Source: Bacteroidales bacterium
GTDB lineage: Bacteria > Bacteroidota > Bacteroidia > Bacteroidales > UBA12077
Assembly: GCA_028282585.1 (NCBI GenBank)
Contig: JANQHR010000055.1
Coordinates: forward strand, 1 to 44,465
DNA: 44,465 nt
Reading direction: 5' to 3'
The position numbers were made by a program, and so were the translations under genes. Below the pieces are notes generated by a model. That model worked only from the letters and a program-made list of their open reading frames with translations. It was not told the origin of the DNA and made no database searches. Of the stretch, positions 1-10,281 are shown piece by piece; the first letter of the stretch is position 1, and every line of letters starts with the position of its first letter.

Positions 1-38
1 TTATGTGTTTTCGGCACTTTTCGGGGTTTTGTTTTATC

Positions 39-46
39 TAAAGATA
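39..46 (-). promoter_or_regulatory. Candidate Bacteroidota sigma70 -7 box (TATCTTTA variant) for a transcript running off the left edge
   Basis: taaagata at 39-46 is TATCTTTA on the minus strand, a one-base variant of TAnnTTTG. The target gene is outside the window. Confidence 0.4.
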
Positions 47-96
47 CAAATAATTACTTGATATTCAAAATGTTATTTACTTAAGAATGTGCCTAA

Positions 97-3000
97 TTAC
101 CAACCACCACCGCTTATTATAAATCCTGTAGAATAATCAACATTGTCTAACTGAAATGGCATAGCAATATACGGTTCAAGAATTGCATAACCAAACAAAT
201 TAATACGTAAAGAAGCTCCCAGGCTGTAAATTGGAGTGTAATAATTTGGATTTGGATTCCAATGGAACCTCACATCACTTGATTCTAACCAAGGAAATCT
301 ATCTTTTGTCCAGGAAATTCCTGCATCAAAAAACAAAACAATATCAGAAAATAAATATCCCGATTTAAACAATGAAAACCTTTCAATTCCTGTAAAAGGA
401 AATCTTAATTCCGAATTAAAAACGATAATCTTACTTCCTGCAATATTATTAATATCCAGATAGTTTTTTGGACTTGACTCTTTGGATTTATTAAAAGCAT
501 TAAAATTATATCCCCTTATCAAATATTCATTTCCAAGGAATAAAGCGTATAAATCATTTGCATCTTTCCCATAACGCCCATAGTGCATGGTTCTAAACGC
601 AAGACTAAAAGGTTTTAAAAAGAAATATCTACGTATATCAAATGATAAGCTCGTTATGTCGTATTCATCGAACATTTGTCCAACCTGAAATCGGTATCTA
701 TATCCCATCATAGGTGATGTAATTCCAAAACTTGAATTATCTCCAACAAATGCAATATAAGCACTACCAACATTAAACGGGTCCGGAACATCTTTTACTT
801 TAGCCTTGGTCTGGCCCACATAATATCCATTATCATAATAATACGTTATACTATCTATTCTATAACTATACCTTGAATATGACATACCTCCTTCAAATCT
901 TAGCTTTGTTGATAAAGGATATTGAGAGAAAAGAGATAAATTTTGTTCAAATATTCTTATTAGATCATAATTTGTGTACTGTAGGTCATTCAACGTATCA
1001 ACCCCCAAAGAATAGGTCATTCCCCTGTATGGAAAATGTGAAAATGAACTACCCCATGTAATTCTTTTCTTTGAATTTATATATGCCAACTGTCCTCCAA
1101 AATCGTAAACCTCACCATTGATATTTAACATGGTATAAATTTGATGATGTTTTAACATATCACTAAATAACATACTTACCCCTCCTGAGGCAAATGTACC
1201 GTAAGTGCTTTGCGCCACTCCAAAACCAGTTGATCCAATATATTCAAGTTCAAATTTTGGATCATAGTCCTGAATCTTAAATGAGTCTTCGGGCCATGAT
1301 TTAGCGTAACTCAAATTATGATCTACAATATTTACAAGTCTTTTTTTACCTGGAGGTAAATATTCTGCATTCAAGTTTACCACATAAGGATCAACGGGAA
1401 TCTGCAGAAAGTCATCAGGATCAGCTTTAAAAATTTCATAGTTATCATTTCTGTATAAAGTATACGCTACTTCTCCAGTTTGGCTAGAAACACTATACGC
1501 AGGAGCCAAATCCGTGATTCCGCTTATTCCTGTAGCAAATTTGGTAAGCTTAAATATTTCTCCACTGTGAAGATGATATCTATATAAGTTTCTAAATCCA
1601 TCAGCATTTGAAAGAAAATACAAGGATGAATCTGTTGGAGAATATTGTGGACTAAAAATGTTGGCGCCAGGAAATAGATCATATACCAAAACTTGTTTAG
1701 TTTCTAGTTTTAAAACACATAGTCGGTAATTTCCGAAAATTTGTTTTTCGAGATTTGAATCCGGACCCCGTTCTGAAATGAATGCTATTTCAGATCCGTC
1801 CATTGACCACGAAGGTTGTAAATCGGAATATAAATCATCGGTTAATTGTTCAACTTTTCCAGATTCCAAATGATACAGATAAAGATCACTTTTACCTCTG
1901 TCTAAACCGTTAAATACGATAGTTTTTCCATCGGGCGACCATTCCGGATTTATAAGTCCATCAACACCTTCTATGTTAATCTCTCTGGTTGATTTTACCT
2001 TATTTTTCTCAAGGTTTACGATTAAAAACTTATTAGTTCCTTTGGTGAAGGTTGTCATAATGTATTTTGTGCCATCGGGCGACCAGGAACCTGCTTCTTC
2101 TATGTAATTAAAATCATCTATGTGTGATTTACGCAATGATGAAGTTAATTTAGAAATTATTTCTCCCGTATGGGCATTAGCTAATAAAAGATCAATATTA
2201 ATTACATCTTTATTCGAGAGAAAAGTAATGTAATTACCATCAGGACTTAATACAGGCGAAAGGTTTATTTCACCTCCACTTTCTGTATTAAACATGTCAA
2301 TACCAACCGGTGCAATTGTATCTGTTAAATACTGCTTATAATGTTCTTTAGTTGAATTTGCCCATAATACAGATAAACTGTCAGAATCAACACCAAGCAT
2401 ACTTTTAAAAGCATAATCAAAACCATAGCGTAAAGACGTATAAAATAGTGGTTGCATTATATTATCACCCCACACTCCGGTTACATAAGCCCAAAAGGCG
2501 TGTCCGTATCTATACGGGAAATACTCGCCCATCTTTCTGGTCATATCTTTTATAGTCGGAATATCATCGGTAATAACTGCATCCCTCATCCACATCGCAG
2601 TTCTATTATCGGATGATCCTACGGATAAGAATTCTGCCATACCTTCAATCATCCATAGAGGTGTATTTGCCAGTGAAGAAAATGAAAGACTATCATCTTC
2701 TCTAACTAAATTAAATTGAAATACGTGTACCATTTCATGACCAAGAACATGGTCGGTTTCCTTATTTGCTACCATAACGGGAATTACCACACGGCTTCTT
2801 AATCCTTCTGTTACACCACCTGTTCCAACACCAATTATTCCTGAAATAACTGTGGTTTGTTTAAAATCACCTGTATTATTATATAATATAATCGGACTAT
2901 TTTCCAAAGAATCAGCAAACATAGCAAAATGCCTTAGGTACCACCTTTCCGATAATTGCCCCAAATTTAAAAGTACTGTGTCGTTTTTGAGATAGTTATG

Positions 3001-3132
3001 AATTTCGAAATGAGGAGTATTAAAAACTTCAAAATCAAAATGGTCATACATTACCTTGTTTTGGCCAAATTGAGAATAACTTTTTATCGAAACACTAATA
3101 AAAAGAATAGTTAAGATGATTATTCTCTTCAT
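97..3132 (-). CDS. Outer-membrane protein: signal peptide + zincin (peptidase MA-like) domain + TolB/PD40 beta-propeller + Omp85/BamA-type beta-barrel
   Basis: N-terminal signal peptide. HEMVH (2725-2739) followed by WMIEGMAE (gluzincin third ligand). Repeated PxWSPDG/PxxSP propeller motifs. C-terminal LIRGY lid-loop motif, GSKIIVFNSELRFP and terminal Trp. No POTRA domains evident. Confidence 0.85.
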   Translation of the reverse strand: MKRIIILTILFISVSIKSYSQFGQNKVMYDHFDFEVFNTPHFEIHNYLKNDTVLLNLGQLSERWYLRHFAMFADSLENSPIILYNNTGDFKQTTVISGIIGVGTGGVTEGLRSRVVIPVMVANKETDHVLGHEMVHVFQFNLVREDDSLSFSSLANTPLWMIEGMAEFLSVGSSDNRTAMWMRDAVITDDIPTIKDMTRKMGEYFPYRYGHAFWAYVTGVWGDNIMQPLFYTSLRYGFDYAFKSMLGVDSDSLSVLWANSTKEHYKQYLTDTIAPVGIDMFNTESGGEINLSPVLSPDGNYITFLSNKDVINIDLLLANAHTGEIISKLTSSLRKSHIDDFNYIEEAGSWSPDGTKYIMTTFTKGTNKFLIVNLEKNKVKSTREINIEGVDGLINPEWSPDGKTIVFNGLDRGKSDLYLYHLESGKVEQLTDDLYSDLQPSWSMDGSEIAFISERGPDSNLEKQIFGNYRLCVLKLETKQVLVYDLFPGANIFSPQYSPTDSSLYFLSNADGFRNLYRYHLHSGEIFKLTKFATGISGITDLAPAYSVSSQTGEVAYTLYRNDNYEIFKADPDDFLQIPVDPYVVNLNAEYLPPGKKRLVNIVDHNLSYAKSWPEDSFKIQDYDPKFELEYIGSTGFGVAQSTYGTFASGGVSMLFSDMLKHHQIYTMLNINGEVYDFGGQLAYINSKKRITWGSSFSHFPYRGMTYSLGVDTLNDLQYTNYDLIRIFEQNLSLFSQYPLSTKLRFEGGMSYSRYSYRIDSITYYYDNGYYVGQTKAKVKDVPDPFNVGSAYIAFVGDNSSFGITSPMMGYRYRFQVGQMFDEYDITSLSFDIRRYFFLKPFSLAFRTMHYGRYGKDANDLYALFLGNEYLIRGYNFNAFNKSKESSPKNYLDINNIAGSKIIVFNSELRFPFTGIERFSLFKSGYLFSDIVLFFDAGISWTKDRFPWLESSDVRFHWNPNPNYYTPIYSLGASLRINLFGYAILEPYIAMPFQLDNVDYSTGFIISGGGW

Positions 3133-3662
3133 AACGGTAAAAGTATAAAAAGATGCATTAAAACACCATCAAATATCATACAAATTAATAACGAAATAAT
3201 TACTAAATAAGTTTTTTGACACTTTTTTATTTTTATTAGATTGCAAAACGTATGTTAACATTGAAATCCAAATTTGTCTAAGTTGCTTTAATTTTAGTTG
3301 TTACATTGAACTTATGTGACAAGGGAAGGATTACCTTTTTCTCTTTGCAAGATGATATTGATTGTTGAACAGAATTTCACAGAAAGATTCAAGAATTGCA
3401 AAAAGAATTTCCGATTTAAACCTTTCTTAATAGCTTGAAGCATATTTGTAAATAGACTTCAACTAAGAGAATAGCTAATCAGTATAGCTTTTTTTGAAAG
3501 GCCGATGGCTAAATAAACAGTCAAATCTGAGAAACAGGTTAGAGAATATTAATGAGCTTTGAAAAAGTATAGATTCTCCTAACGGTGAAGAGTACACATA
3601 TCGTTATGAAGATTTAAAATAGTTTGCCATAAAAAATAAAGGAGTGATTTTAATTCCATAAA

Positions 3663-4136
3663 TTATAATTTAAGTTGGTTTGAGTTTTCGTAGCCCTTAT
3701 CGATTAATAAATTATTCTTTTTTGAAGCTTCAACAGCAAGTTGATCGCACCTTTCATTTTCCGGAATGTTAGCATGGCCCTTAACCCAATGAAATTTTAC
3801 TTGATGCTTTCTATAGATTTTTAAAAAACGAATCCAAAGGTCCGGATTTTTTTTCTTTTTAAACTGAATTCTTTCCCAATCGAATACCCAACCTTTTTCA
3901 ACCGCATCAGCAACATATTTTGAATCTGTGTAAATTTCGACCATACTGTTTGCAAGTTTTAGTTTTTCTAGAGCAACGATTACTGCTAAAAGCTCCATTC
4001 GGTTATTTGTAGTATTTCTGAAACCCGCCGAAAGTTCTTTTCGGTATTTTCCCGATTTTAAAACAATCCCGTATCCACCAGGACCTGGATTTCCACGAGC
4101 AGCCCCGTCTGTATAAATAATAATATTTGCTGACAT
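3663..4136 (-). CDS. rnhA: Ribonuclease HI
   Basis: YTDGAARGNPGPGG, TTNNRMEL, YTDSKY, WVKGHA, NERCD motifs. Confidence 0.97.
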   Translation of the reverse strand: MSANIIIYTDGAARGNPGPGGYGIVLKSGKYRKELSAGFRNTTNNRMELLAVIVALEKLKLANSMVEIYTDSKYVADAVEKGWVFDWERIQFKKKKNPDLWIRFLKIYRKHQVKFHWVKGHANIPENERCDQLAVEASKKNNLLIDKGYENSNQLKL

Positions 4137-4179
4137 AAATTTATATTTCGGATTTAAAGATAAGCATTCAAAACAGTAT

Positions 4180-4212
4180 AAAAAAAGTAGGTTCAGAACA
4201 TTCTGAACCTAC
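4180..4212 (-). terminator. Intrinsic terminator after dpp7
   Basis: Inverted repeat gtaggttcagaa (4187-4198) / ttctgaacctac (4201-4212). The A-run at 4180-4186 gives the U tail on the minus strand. Confidence 0.85.
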
Positions 4213-4236
4213 CTAAGAAAATATCTACAATAATAA

Positions 4237-6381
4237 TTATTCTATAATTGTCATTTCTTCGATTAAGTGAGTTGCACCTGCAAATTTGTCGATAATGAAT
4301 AAAGTATACCTAACATCAACATTAATACAACGCTGTAGTTCGTTTTCAAAAACAATATCTCCACTCATTGCTTCCCAATTTCCGTCGAAAGCGGTTCCAA
4401 TTAGTTCACCTTTACCATTAATTACAGGACTACCTGAATTACCTCCGGTAATATCATTTGTCGTAAGGAATCCTACTGGCATTTCTCCCGTTTCCATAGC
4501 ATACCTGCCATAATCTTTATTGTTATAAAGTTCCTTAAGTTTTTCCGGAACAACAAATTCCCAATTGTTAGGATCTTCTTTTTCCATAACGCCTTTAAGT
4601 GTAGTTACATAGTTATAATGAACGGCATCTCTTGGATAATAATCTAAAACCGATCCATAGCTTAATCTCATAGTGAAGTTTGCATCAGGATACATTGGTT
4701 TACCTTCGTTTTTTTCTAAAATACCTGCTATATAAAGCCTATGTCCTTTATCAAAATCAGCATCTATTGCATCTAATTTATCGCTAAGTTCATCAAATTT
4801 CATATTTATAGATTTTGCAGCAATAAAAGCAGGATCATTTTCAAGTTTTTCTTTTGAAGGATTTTTTAAAAAGTCATACAACTTATCTTTATCAGCAAAT
4901 AGTGAGATTGCAAATACATCATCTACATACTTTTTATAATCATTGTTATATTTACTTTCAATTGTATTATAAATATCAGGATAAAATTCAGCATCAATTT
5001 TCTTGGCATATGTTTTAAACATCGCCGGAACTACTTTTTTATCAAGAGGAGCATGATAGTCTTTATAAAATTTCTCTGCTGTTTCCTTAAAATTGTCAAT
5101 TTCATTTTGTAATTCTTTTTCGTCGGAATCAAATGCACTAACTAAACTTTTAGCTTTATATGCAATTTCAAAAATTTCCATTGATCTTTTCATTGATTCG
5201 CTAATATATTGCCTTGCATTTTTAATATCAGCTCTTTCATTTACGGCTTTATTAATTAGGTTTAATGCTTCACCATATTTTTTGGTAAGTTTTTTGTCGC
5301 TGTTTACCCAATCAGTAAACTCTTTTTCTTTTACCTGTTTCTTTTCAAATATTTTAAGTCGTTTTAAAGCTTTATTCATACCGATAGAGTTCTTCCAGTA
5401 GTTTGTTGATCTGGAGTATTTTGAAGCATATTTAATACGAACCGCATCATCTTTAAGCATATCTTCCAATAAAATTTCCTGGCGAATTCCGCGAACATAT
5501 ATTCTATTCTTATTTGTAATATTGATTAATTCCTCAATTTCCATAGCAGTCATGTAACGGTTTGTACCTCCAGGATAACCTAATGTCATTGCAAAATCCC
5601 CTTTTTCAATTCCTTTGAGAGAAATTGGTAAATGGTGCTTTGGTTTGTAAGGAACATTATCGGTAGCATAATCTGCAGGTTTATTATCTTTTCCTGCATA
5701 AACACGGAATAAAGCAAAGTCTCCGGTATGGCGAGGCCACATCCAGTTATCAGTATCTGCACCAAATTTACCGATTGATGATGGCGGTGCACCTACCATT
5801 CTAACGTCTGTAAATTTTTCATATACTAACAAGTAGTATTTATTTCCTCCATAAAAATTCTGTACTCTAGCAGAATAATGAGTGTTTTCTGTCGCTTTAT
5901 CGGCAATAACTTTACCTTCTTTTTTTGCTGCTTTCTGACGTTCTGGTTCAGTCATTTTTTTATTAAAAACCTTGTTTATTTGTTCGGTAACATCCTCGAT
6001 GCGAACCAGAAAAGTTACCGATAAACCTGGAGTTGGAATTTCTTCTTCCTTCGACATTGCCCAAAAACCATCTTTTAAATAATCTTTTTCAGGAGTACTA
6101 TGCTTTTGAATTGCCCCATATCCACAGTGATGATTTGTAAGAATAAGTCCTTTGTCTGAAATAATTTCTCCTGTACAACCGCGGCCAAAAATTACGATTG
6201 CATCTTTTAAGCTTGTTTGATTTATACTATAAATTTCTTCAGCAGATAACTCACAACCCATTTGTTGCATTTTTTCAATGTTTAATTGCTGAATAAGTGG
6301 TAACAACCACATTCCCTCGTCTGCCTTTGCTGTTATATTGAGAAGCAGTACAATTGTTAAAAAAGTTAATAATCTTTTCAT
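4237..6381 (-). CDS. dpp7: S46 family dipeptidyl-peptidase, DPP7 type
   Basis: Signal peptide then ADEGMWL. TNHHC (His), DTDNWMWPRHTGDF (Asp), DITGGNSGSP (Ser). FDGNWEAMSGD has Gly at the S1-determining position (DPP7) rather than the Arg of DPP11. Confidence 0.92.
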   Translation of the reverse strand: MKRLLTFLTIVLLLNITAKADEGMWLLPLIQQLNIEKMQQMGCELSAEEIYSINQTSLKDAIVIFGRGCTGEIISDKGLILTNHHCGYGAIQKHSTPEKDYLKDGFWAMSKEEEIPTPGLSVTFLVRIEDVTEQINKVFNKKMTEPERQKAAKKEGKVIADKATENTHYSARVQNFYGGNKYYLLVYEKFTDVRMVGAPPSSIGKFGADTDNWMWPRHTGDFALFRVYAGKDNKPADYATDNVPYKPKHHLPISLKGIEKGDFAMTLGYPGGTNRYMTAMEIEELINITNKNRIYVRGIRQEILLEDMLKDDAVRIKYASKYSRSTNYWKNSIGMNKALKRLKIFEKKQVKEKEFTDWVNSDKKLTKKYGEALNLINKAVNERADIKNARQYISESMKRSMEIFEIAYKAKSLVSAFDSDEKELQNEIDNFKETAEKFYKDYHAPLDKKVVPAMFKTYAKKIDAEFYPDIYNTIESKYNNDYKKYVDDVFAISLFADKDKLYDFLKNPSKEKLENDPAFIAAKSINMKFDELSDKLDAIDADFDKGHRLYIAGILEKNEGKPMYPDANFTMRLSYGSVLDYYPRDAVHYNYVTTLKGVMEKEDPNNWEFVVPEKLKELYNNKDYGRYAMETGEMPVGFLTTNDITGGNSGSPVINGKGELIGTAFDGNWEAMSGDIVFENELQRCINVDVRYTLFIIDKFAGATHLIEEMTIIE

Positions 6382-6482
6382 TTTGTATCGATTTTAAAAA
6401 TTGTTCGAATAAAGTAAAAAATATTAGATGTAATTAATGGATACAAGTTTAATATAAATCTTAAAATGATTGATTTTTAATA

Positions 6483-6490
6483 TACCTTTG
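6483..6490 (+). promoter_or_regulatory. Bacteroidota sigma70 -7 box for rlmN
   Basis: TACCTTTG matches TAnnTTTG, about 40 nt upstream of the ATG. Confidence 0.7.
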
Positions 6491-6532
6491 TCCGTATAAT
6501 TTTGTTCAAAATACTTGATGATTCAATAAGAT

Positions 6533-7579
6533 ATGTCAGATCAAAAACAAAATATTTTAATACTTTCTTTAAAAGAGATAAAAGAGTTTTTAGCTGAAAA
6601 AGGAGAAAAAGCGTTCAGGGCGAAGCAGATTTATGAATGGTTGTGGAAAAAGCCAGTTAAAAGTTTCGATGAAATGACAAATATCTCAAAAGATTTAAGA
6701 ACATTATTAAAAGAAAGCTTTACGATACAGTCAGTTCAAGTGCATGATTTGCAGACAAGTTCAGATAAAACAATAAAGTTAGTTTTTAGACTTTTTGATG
6801 GTGCACTGGTTGAAGGTGTATTAATACCAACTGAAAACAGAGCAACAGCTTGCATATCATCACAGGTAGGATGCAATCTGGGATGTGAATTTTGTGCAAC
6901 AGGAAAACTGGGATTAAGAAGAAACTTGAATATCGGTGAGATTTATCATCAGGTTGTTGAAATTATGAAATTAGCACATCAGAAATATAATCTGTCGCTT
7001 ACCAATATCGTATTAATGGGTATGGGAGAACCACTTTTAAACTATGAAAATGTAAAAAAAGCAATGGAAATGGTTTCTTCTGATGATGGTCTTTCCATGT
7101 CTCCTCAGCGAATTACATTATCAACTGTAGGTATACCACGAATGATCAGGAAATTAGCTGATGATGAGGTAAAATTTCATTTGGCAGTATCTCTGCATTC
7201 AGCAAATGACAAAAAAAGAAACGAATTTATGCCTGTAAATAGAAGAAATTCTCTTAATGATTTACGAGATGCTTTAGTATATTTTAATCAGAAAACTGGT
7301 CAACGAATTACTTTTGAATATCTTTTAATGGATGGAATCAATGATTCATTAAAGGATGCAAAGGAATTTGCTGAGTATTGTAAAAGTTTTCCTGTCAAAA
7401 TTAATATTATAGAGTACAATTCTACGCGAGATAAAAGATTTCAGAGATCAAAAGGAGAATCCTTTAATGAATTTGTTACATTTTTAAAAAGTCGAAATTT
7501 AGTTGTTAATGTTCGTCGTAGTCGCGGTCAGGATATTGATGCAGCTTGTGGACAGTTGGCTGGGGAAAAGAAAAAATAG
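6533..7579 (+). CDS. rlmN: 23S rRNA/tRNA m2A radical-SAM methyltransferase RlmN
   Basis: CISSQVGCNLGCEFC, MGMGEP, SLHS and DIDAACGQL motifs. Confidence 0.96.
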   Translation: MSDQKQNILILSLKEIKEFLAEKGEKAFRAKQIYEWLWKKPVKSFDEMTNISKDLRTLLKESFTIQSVQVHDLQTSSDKTIKLVFRLFDGALVEGVLIPTENRATACISSQVGCNLGCEFCATGKLGLRRNLNIGEIYHQVVEIMKLAHQKYNLSLTNIVLMGMGEPLLNYENVKKAMEMVSSDDGLSMSPQRITLSTVGIPRMIRKLADDEVKFHLAVSLHSANDKKRNEFMPVNRRNSLNDLRDALVYFNQKTGQRITFEYLLMDGINDSLKDAKEFAEYCKSFPVKINIIEYNSTRDKRFQRSKGESFNEFVTFLKSRNLVVNVRRSRGQDIDAACGQLAGEKKK

Positions 7580-7759
7580 AACTTGCTCATATCCAATTTC
7601 AAATTATAATTATAAAATTTAATAGATATTAAAATTATTTTTGATAGGTATGGAAAAAGTTTTTAATACGTATTAAAATGCAAAAAAACAGTGTAATTTG
7701 AAAAGAAAAGTACTTATTGGTATAAGCTCTATTCTTATTTTCTTTGCTAGATAAATTAC

Positions 7760-8374
7760 TCAGAATTTTAAGGACAGTTGTTCATCAAGCAGCCTGAAAG
7801 AGATTCGGTGAAACGGTGTTATGCCAAATTCCTTTATGGCCTGTCGATGTTGCTTGGTTGGATATCCTTTGTTATCTTTCCAGTTATATTCAGGGTATTT
7901 AAAATGAAGATCATTCATAATATCATCACGGTATGTTTTAGCTAGAATAGAAGCTGCTGCAATGGAATAATATTTGGAATCTCCTTTAATAATAGTTTTG
8001 TGCGGGATATCCTTATAATTGAAAAACTTATTACCGTCAATTATAATATGTTCAGGAGTTTTTTTCAATGAATCGAGAGCCTTATGCATTCCTAATATAG
8101 AAGCTTTCAATATGTTAATTTCATCTATTTCATTGTTATCTATAATTCCAACAGCATATGTTATGGCAGATTCCTCTATTTCTTTCCTTAGCTCGTACCT
8201 TTTCTTTTCGCTAATTTGTTTTGAGTCATTTAAAACCTGGTGAGTAAAATCTGCTGGAAGAATAACTGCAGCTGCAACAACGGGCCCTGCCAAACAACCT
8301 CGGCCTGCTTCATCACAACCGGCTTCTATTATTCCATCTTGATAAAAACTTAATAGACCTTCCTGATTATTCAT
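7760..8374 (-). CDS. rnhB: Ribonuclease HII (start corrected to ATG at 8374)
   Basis: [46 protein letters not shown]. The ATG overlaps the upstream stop (ATGAATAA). Confidence 0.96.
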   Translation of the reverse strand: MNNQEGLLSFYQDGIIEAGCDEAGRGCLAGPVVAAAVILPADFTHQVLNDSKQISEKKRYELRKEIEESAITYAVGIIDNNEIDEINILKASILGMHKALDSLKKTPEHIIIDGNKFFNYKDIPHKTIIKGDSKYYSIAAASILAKTYRDDIMNDLHFKYPEYNWKDNKGYPTKQHRQAIKEFGITPFHRISFRLLDEQLSLKF

Positions 8375-9494
8375 ATAAAACCTTTTCAATGGATTCCCAG
8401 AATTTTTCAGCTGTTTTATCCCAACTGAACTTTTTGCATTGAACTTTACCTTTCTCAATTAGTAGCGTTCTCAAATCAGATTCTTGATAAATTCTGATCA
8501 TTGCGTCAGAAATTGATTCTATAACTAAAGGATCAACCAATAGTGCAGCTTCACCGGCAACTTCAGGCATCGAGGTAACATTAGAAGTTATTACGGTTGT
8601 TTCACAATTCATAGCTTCAATTATTGGAATGCCAAATCCTTCAAAATAAGGAACAAAAGTTAATGCATATGCCGACCCATATATTTTACATAGTTCTTCA
8701 GGATTCATCCTGCCAACAAATACAACATCTTCCTTATGTTTCATATTAGAAAAAACGTTTTTTATGTTTTTGGTTTTAAACATTTTTTCTCCGACAATTA
8801 TCAATTTGAAATTACTCTTGGTTTTTTCTTTGAATATATCGAATGCAGAAAGTAAGTTGGCAACGTTCTTTCGAGGACTTAAAGCTCCAACAAATAAAAA
8901 ATAATCTTTTCCATGTGAATATTTTTTTTTGGTAATTGATTTTTCATTTTCTGATGATGGTTTATAAATTTTTTTCGAACCATTATAAACTACATCGATA
9001 TTTTCTAGATTTATTGCAAATTGTTCAGAAATATCGCTTTTAGAAAAATCAGAAACAGTTACAATACGTTTGGCTTTTTTAGCAAATCTGGGAAAGAAAT
9101 ACTGGTAGTAATTTCTTATAACAAAAGGAAAATCTTTGGGGTTATGCATAAAGTTTATATCATGCATAACAGGAATTGATTTGGTTTCTGTTGAGAGCGA
9201 TAAATATCCGTCAGGTGAAATAAAAATGTCTGCATTTACTTGCTTTAGTATTTTGCTTATTGATTTCTCAAACCAATAATAAAACAAAACAGGATGTCGA
9301 GCCTGTGGTCCTATAATTATTGGTTTTACATTATCAGAGAAAATGAATTCTTTATTGTAAGGGCGGTCAAAAATAAAAAAGAATTTATGCTCCGGATGAT
9401 TTTGAGTAATACGTTTCATGGTTTCATAAGTAAACCATCCAATTCCTTCAAGTTTATCTTTAAGAAGTACCCGGGTGTTAACAGCAATATTCAA
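8367..9494 (-). CDS. Glycosyltransferase family 4 (GT-B)
   Basis: [27 protein letters not shown] (EX7E), [11 protein letters not shown] start. Confidence 0.92.
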   Translation of the reverse strand: MNIAVNTRVLLKDKLEGIGWFTYETMKRITQNHPEHKFFFIFDRPYNKEFIFSDNVKPIIIGPQARHPVLFYYWFEKSISKILKQVNADIFISPDGYLSLSTETKSIPVMHDINFMHNPKDFPFVIRNYYQYFFPRFAKKAKRIVTVSDFSKSDISEQFAINLENIDVVYNGSKKIYKPSSENEKSITKKKYSHGKDYFLFVGALSPRKNVANLLSAFDIFKEKTKSNFKLIIVGEKMFKTKNIKNVFSNMKHKEDVVFVGRMNPEELCKIYGSAYALTFVPYFEGFGIPIIEAMNCETTVITSNVTSMPEVAGEAALLVDPLVIESISDAMIRIYQESDLRTLLIEKGKVQCKKFSWDKTAEKFWESIEKVLYE

Positions 9495-9520
9495 GAAGCA
9501 GTAGATTTAATGTATTATCC

Positions 9521-9539
9521 TATCTTTGTAACAAAGATG
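9521..9539. promoter_or_regulatory. Face-to-face -7 boxes forming a palindrome between divergent GT4 and FkbM genes
   Basis: TATCTTTG (+, 9521-9528) and CATCTTTG (-, 9539-9532). atctttgt-a-acaaagat is a perfect inverted repeat at 9522-9538. Confidence 0.55.
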
Positions 9540-9546
9540 CTAAAAA

Positions 9547-10281
9547 TTGAAGAACTTTTTTAAATACATACTTCAAAAAACACTCGGGTTAAATCTTTAC
9601 CTGTATCTGTTCGCAAGGTTTGTAATACTAAAACTGCCTTATAATATACAAGAAAAGGACTTTTTAAAATTTATTGATTTAATTAAGGATGGAGATCATG
9701 TTTTGGATATCGGGGCAAATATTGGAGTAATGACTTATTATTTTTCAAAAAAACTTCCAAATTCAGCAATTCATTCTTTTGAGCCGATTCCGGAAAATTT
9801 AAACGTTTTATTAAGGGTAAAACAAAAGTTAAGACTATTAAATGTAAAAGTTCATTCATATGCCGTTGGTGAAAAAACCGGGATAATAGAGATGATAATG
9901 CCCGAAAAAAACAAGGTTTATTTTCATGGGTTGAGTCATGTAAAGAGTAATTCAGAATGTAAAGGAAAGATAAAAAGTGCTGAAGTTAAAAGGTTGGATG
10001 ATATTAAAGAGCTTACTAATGTAAAGGTAAGTGCAATAAAAATTGATGTTGAGGAATATGAGTATAATGTATTGGTTGGTGCCGAAGAACTGATAAAAAA
10101 GAATAGGCCAGTTATTTATTGTGAACTCTGGGATTCGGAGAATAGAAGTAAAAGTATGAAGTTTATTAAAAACCTGGATTATAAAATTTATATATATAAC
10201 AACAATAAAATAATTGAGTATAAAGATCAAAAAGGATTTCAGAACTTTTTCTTTATTCCGTTTGAAAATCATATGGATTAG
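9547..10281 (+). CDS. FkbM family SAM-dependent methyltransferase
   Basis: VLDIGANIG, HSFEPIP, AIKIDVEEYEYNVLVGA, RPVIYCE. TTG start. Confidence 0.9.
   Translation: MKNFFKYILQKTLGLNLYLYLFARFVILKLPYNIQEKDFLKFIDLIKDGDHVLDIGANIGVMTYYFSKKLPNSAIHSFEPIPENLNVLLRVKQKLRLLNVKVHSYAVGEKTGIIEMIMPEKNKVYFHGLSHVKSNSECKGKIKSAEVKRLDDIKELTNVKVSAIKIDVEEYEYNVLVGAEELIKKNRPVIYCELWDSENRSKSMKFIKNLDYKIYIYNNNKIIEYKDQKGFQNFFFIPFENHMD

Noticed and set aside
873-5792. Short ORFs 873-1061, 4286-4513, 5093-5401 and 5586-5792
   Set aside because: They lie fully inside well-supported genes, antisense or off-frame, with no recognisable motifs.
3663-8374. rnhA and rnhB within 4 kb as a dedicated module or retroelement
   Set aside because: Both are ordinary housekeeping enzymes in separate transcription units, with no reverse transcriptase or integrase nearby.
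8375-8458. N-terminal extensions in the ORF track for rnhB (also divergent pgk, holB and waaA)
   Set aside because: Family homology begins at downstream ATGs (8374, 15363, 18097, 34247). The extensions overlap other genes or upstream regulatory sequence.
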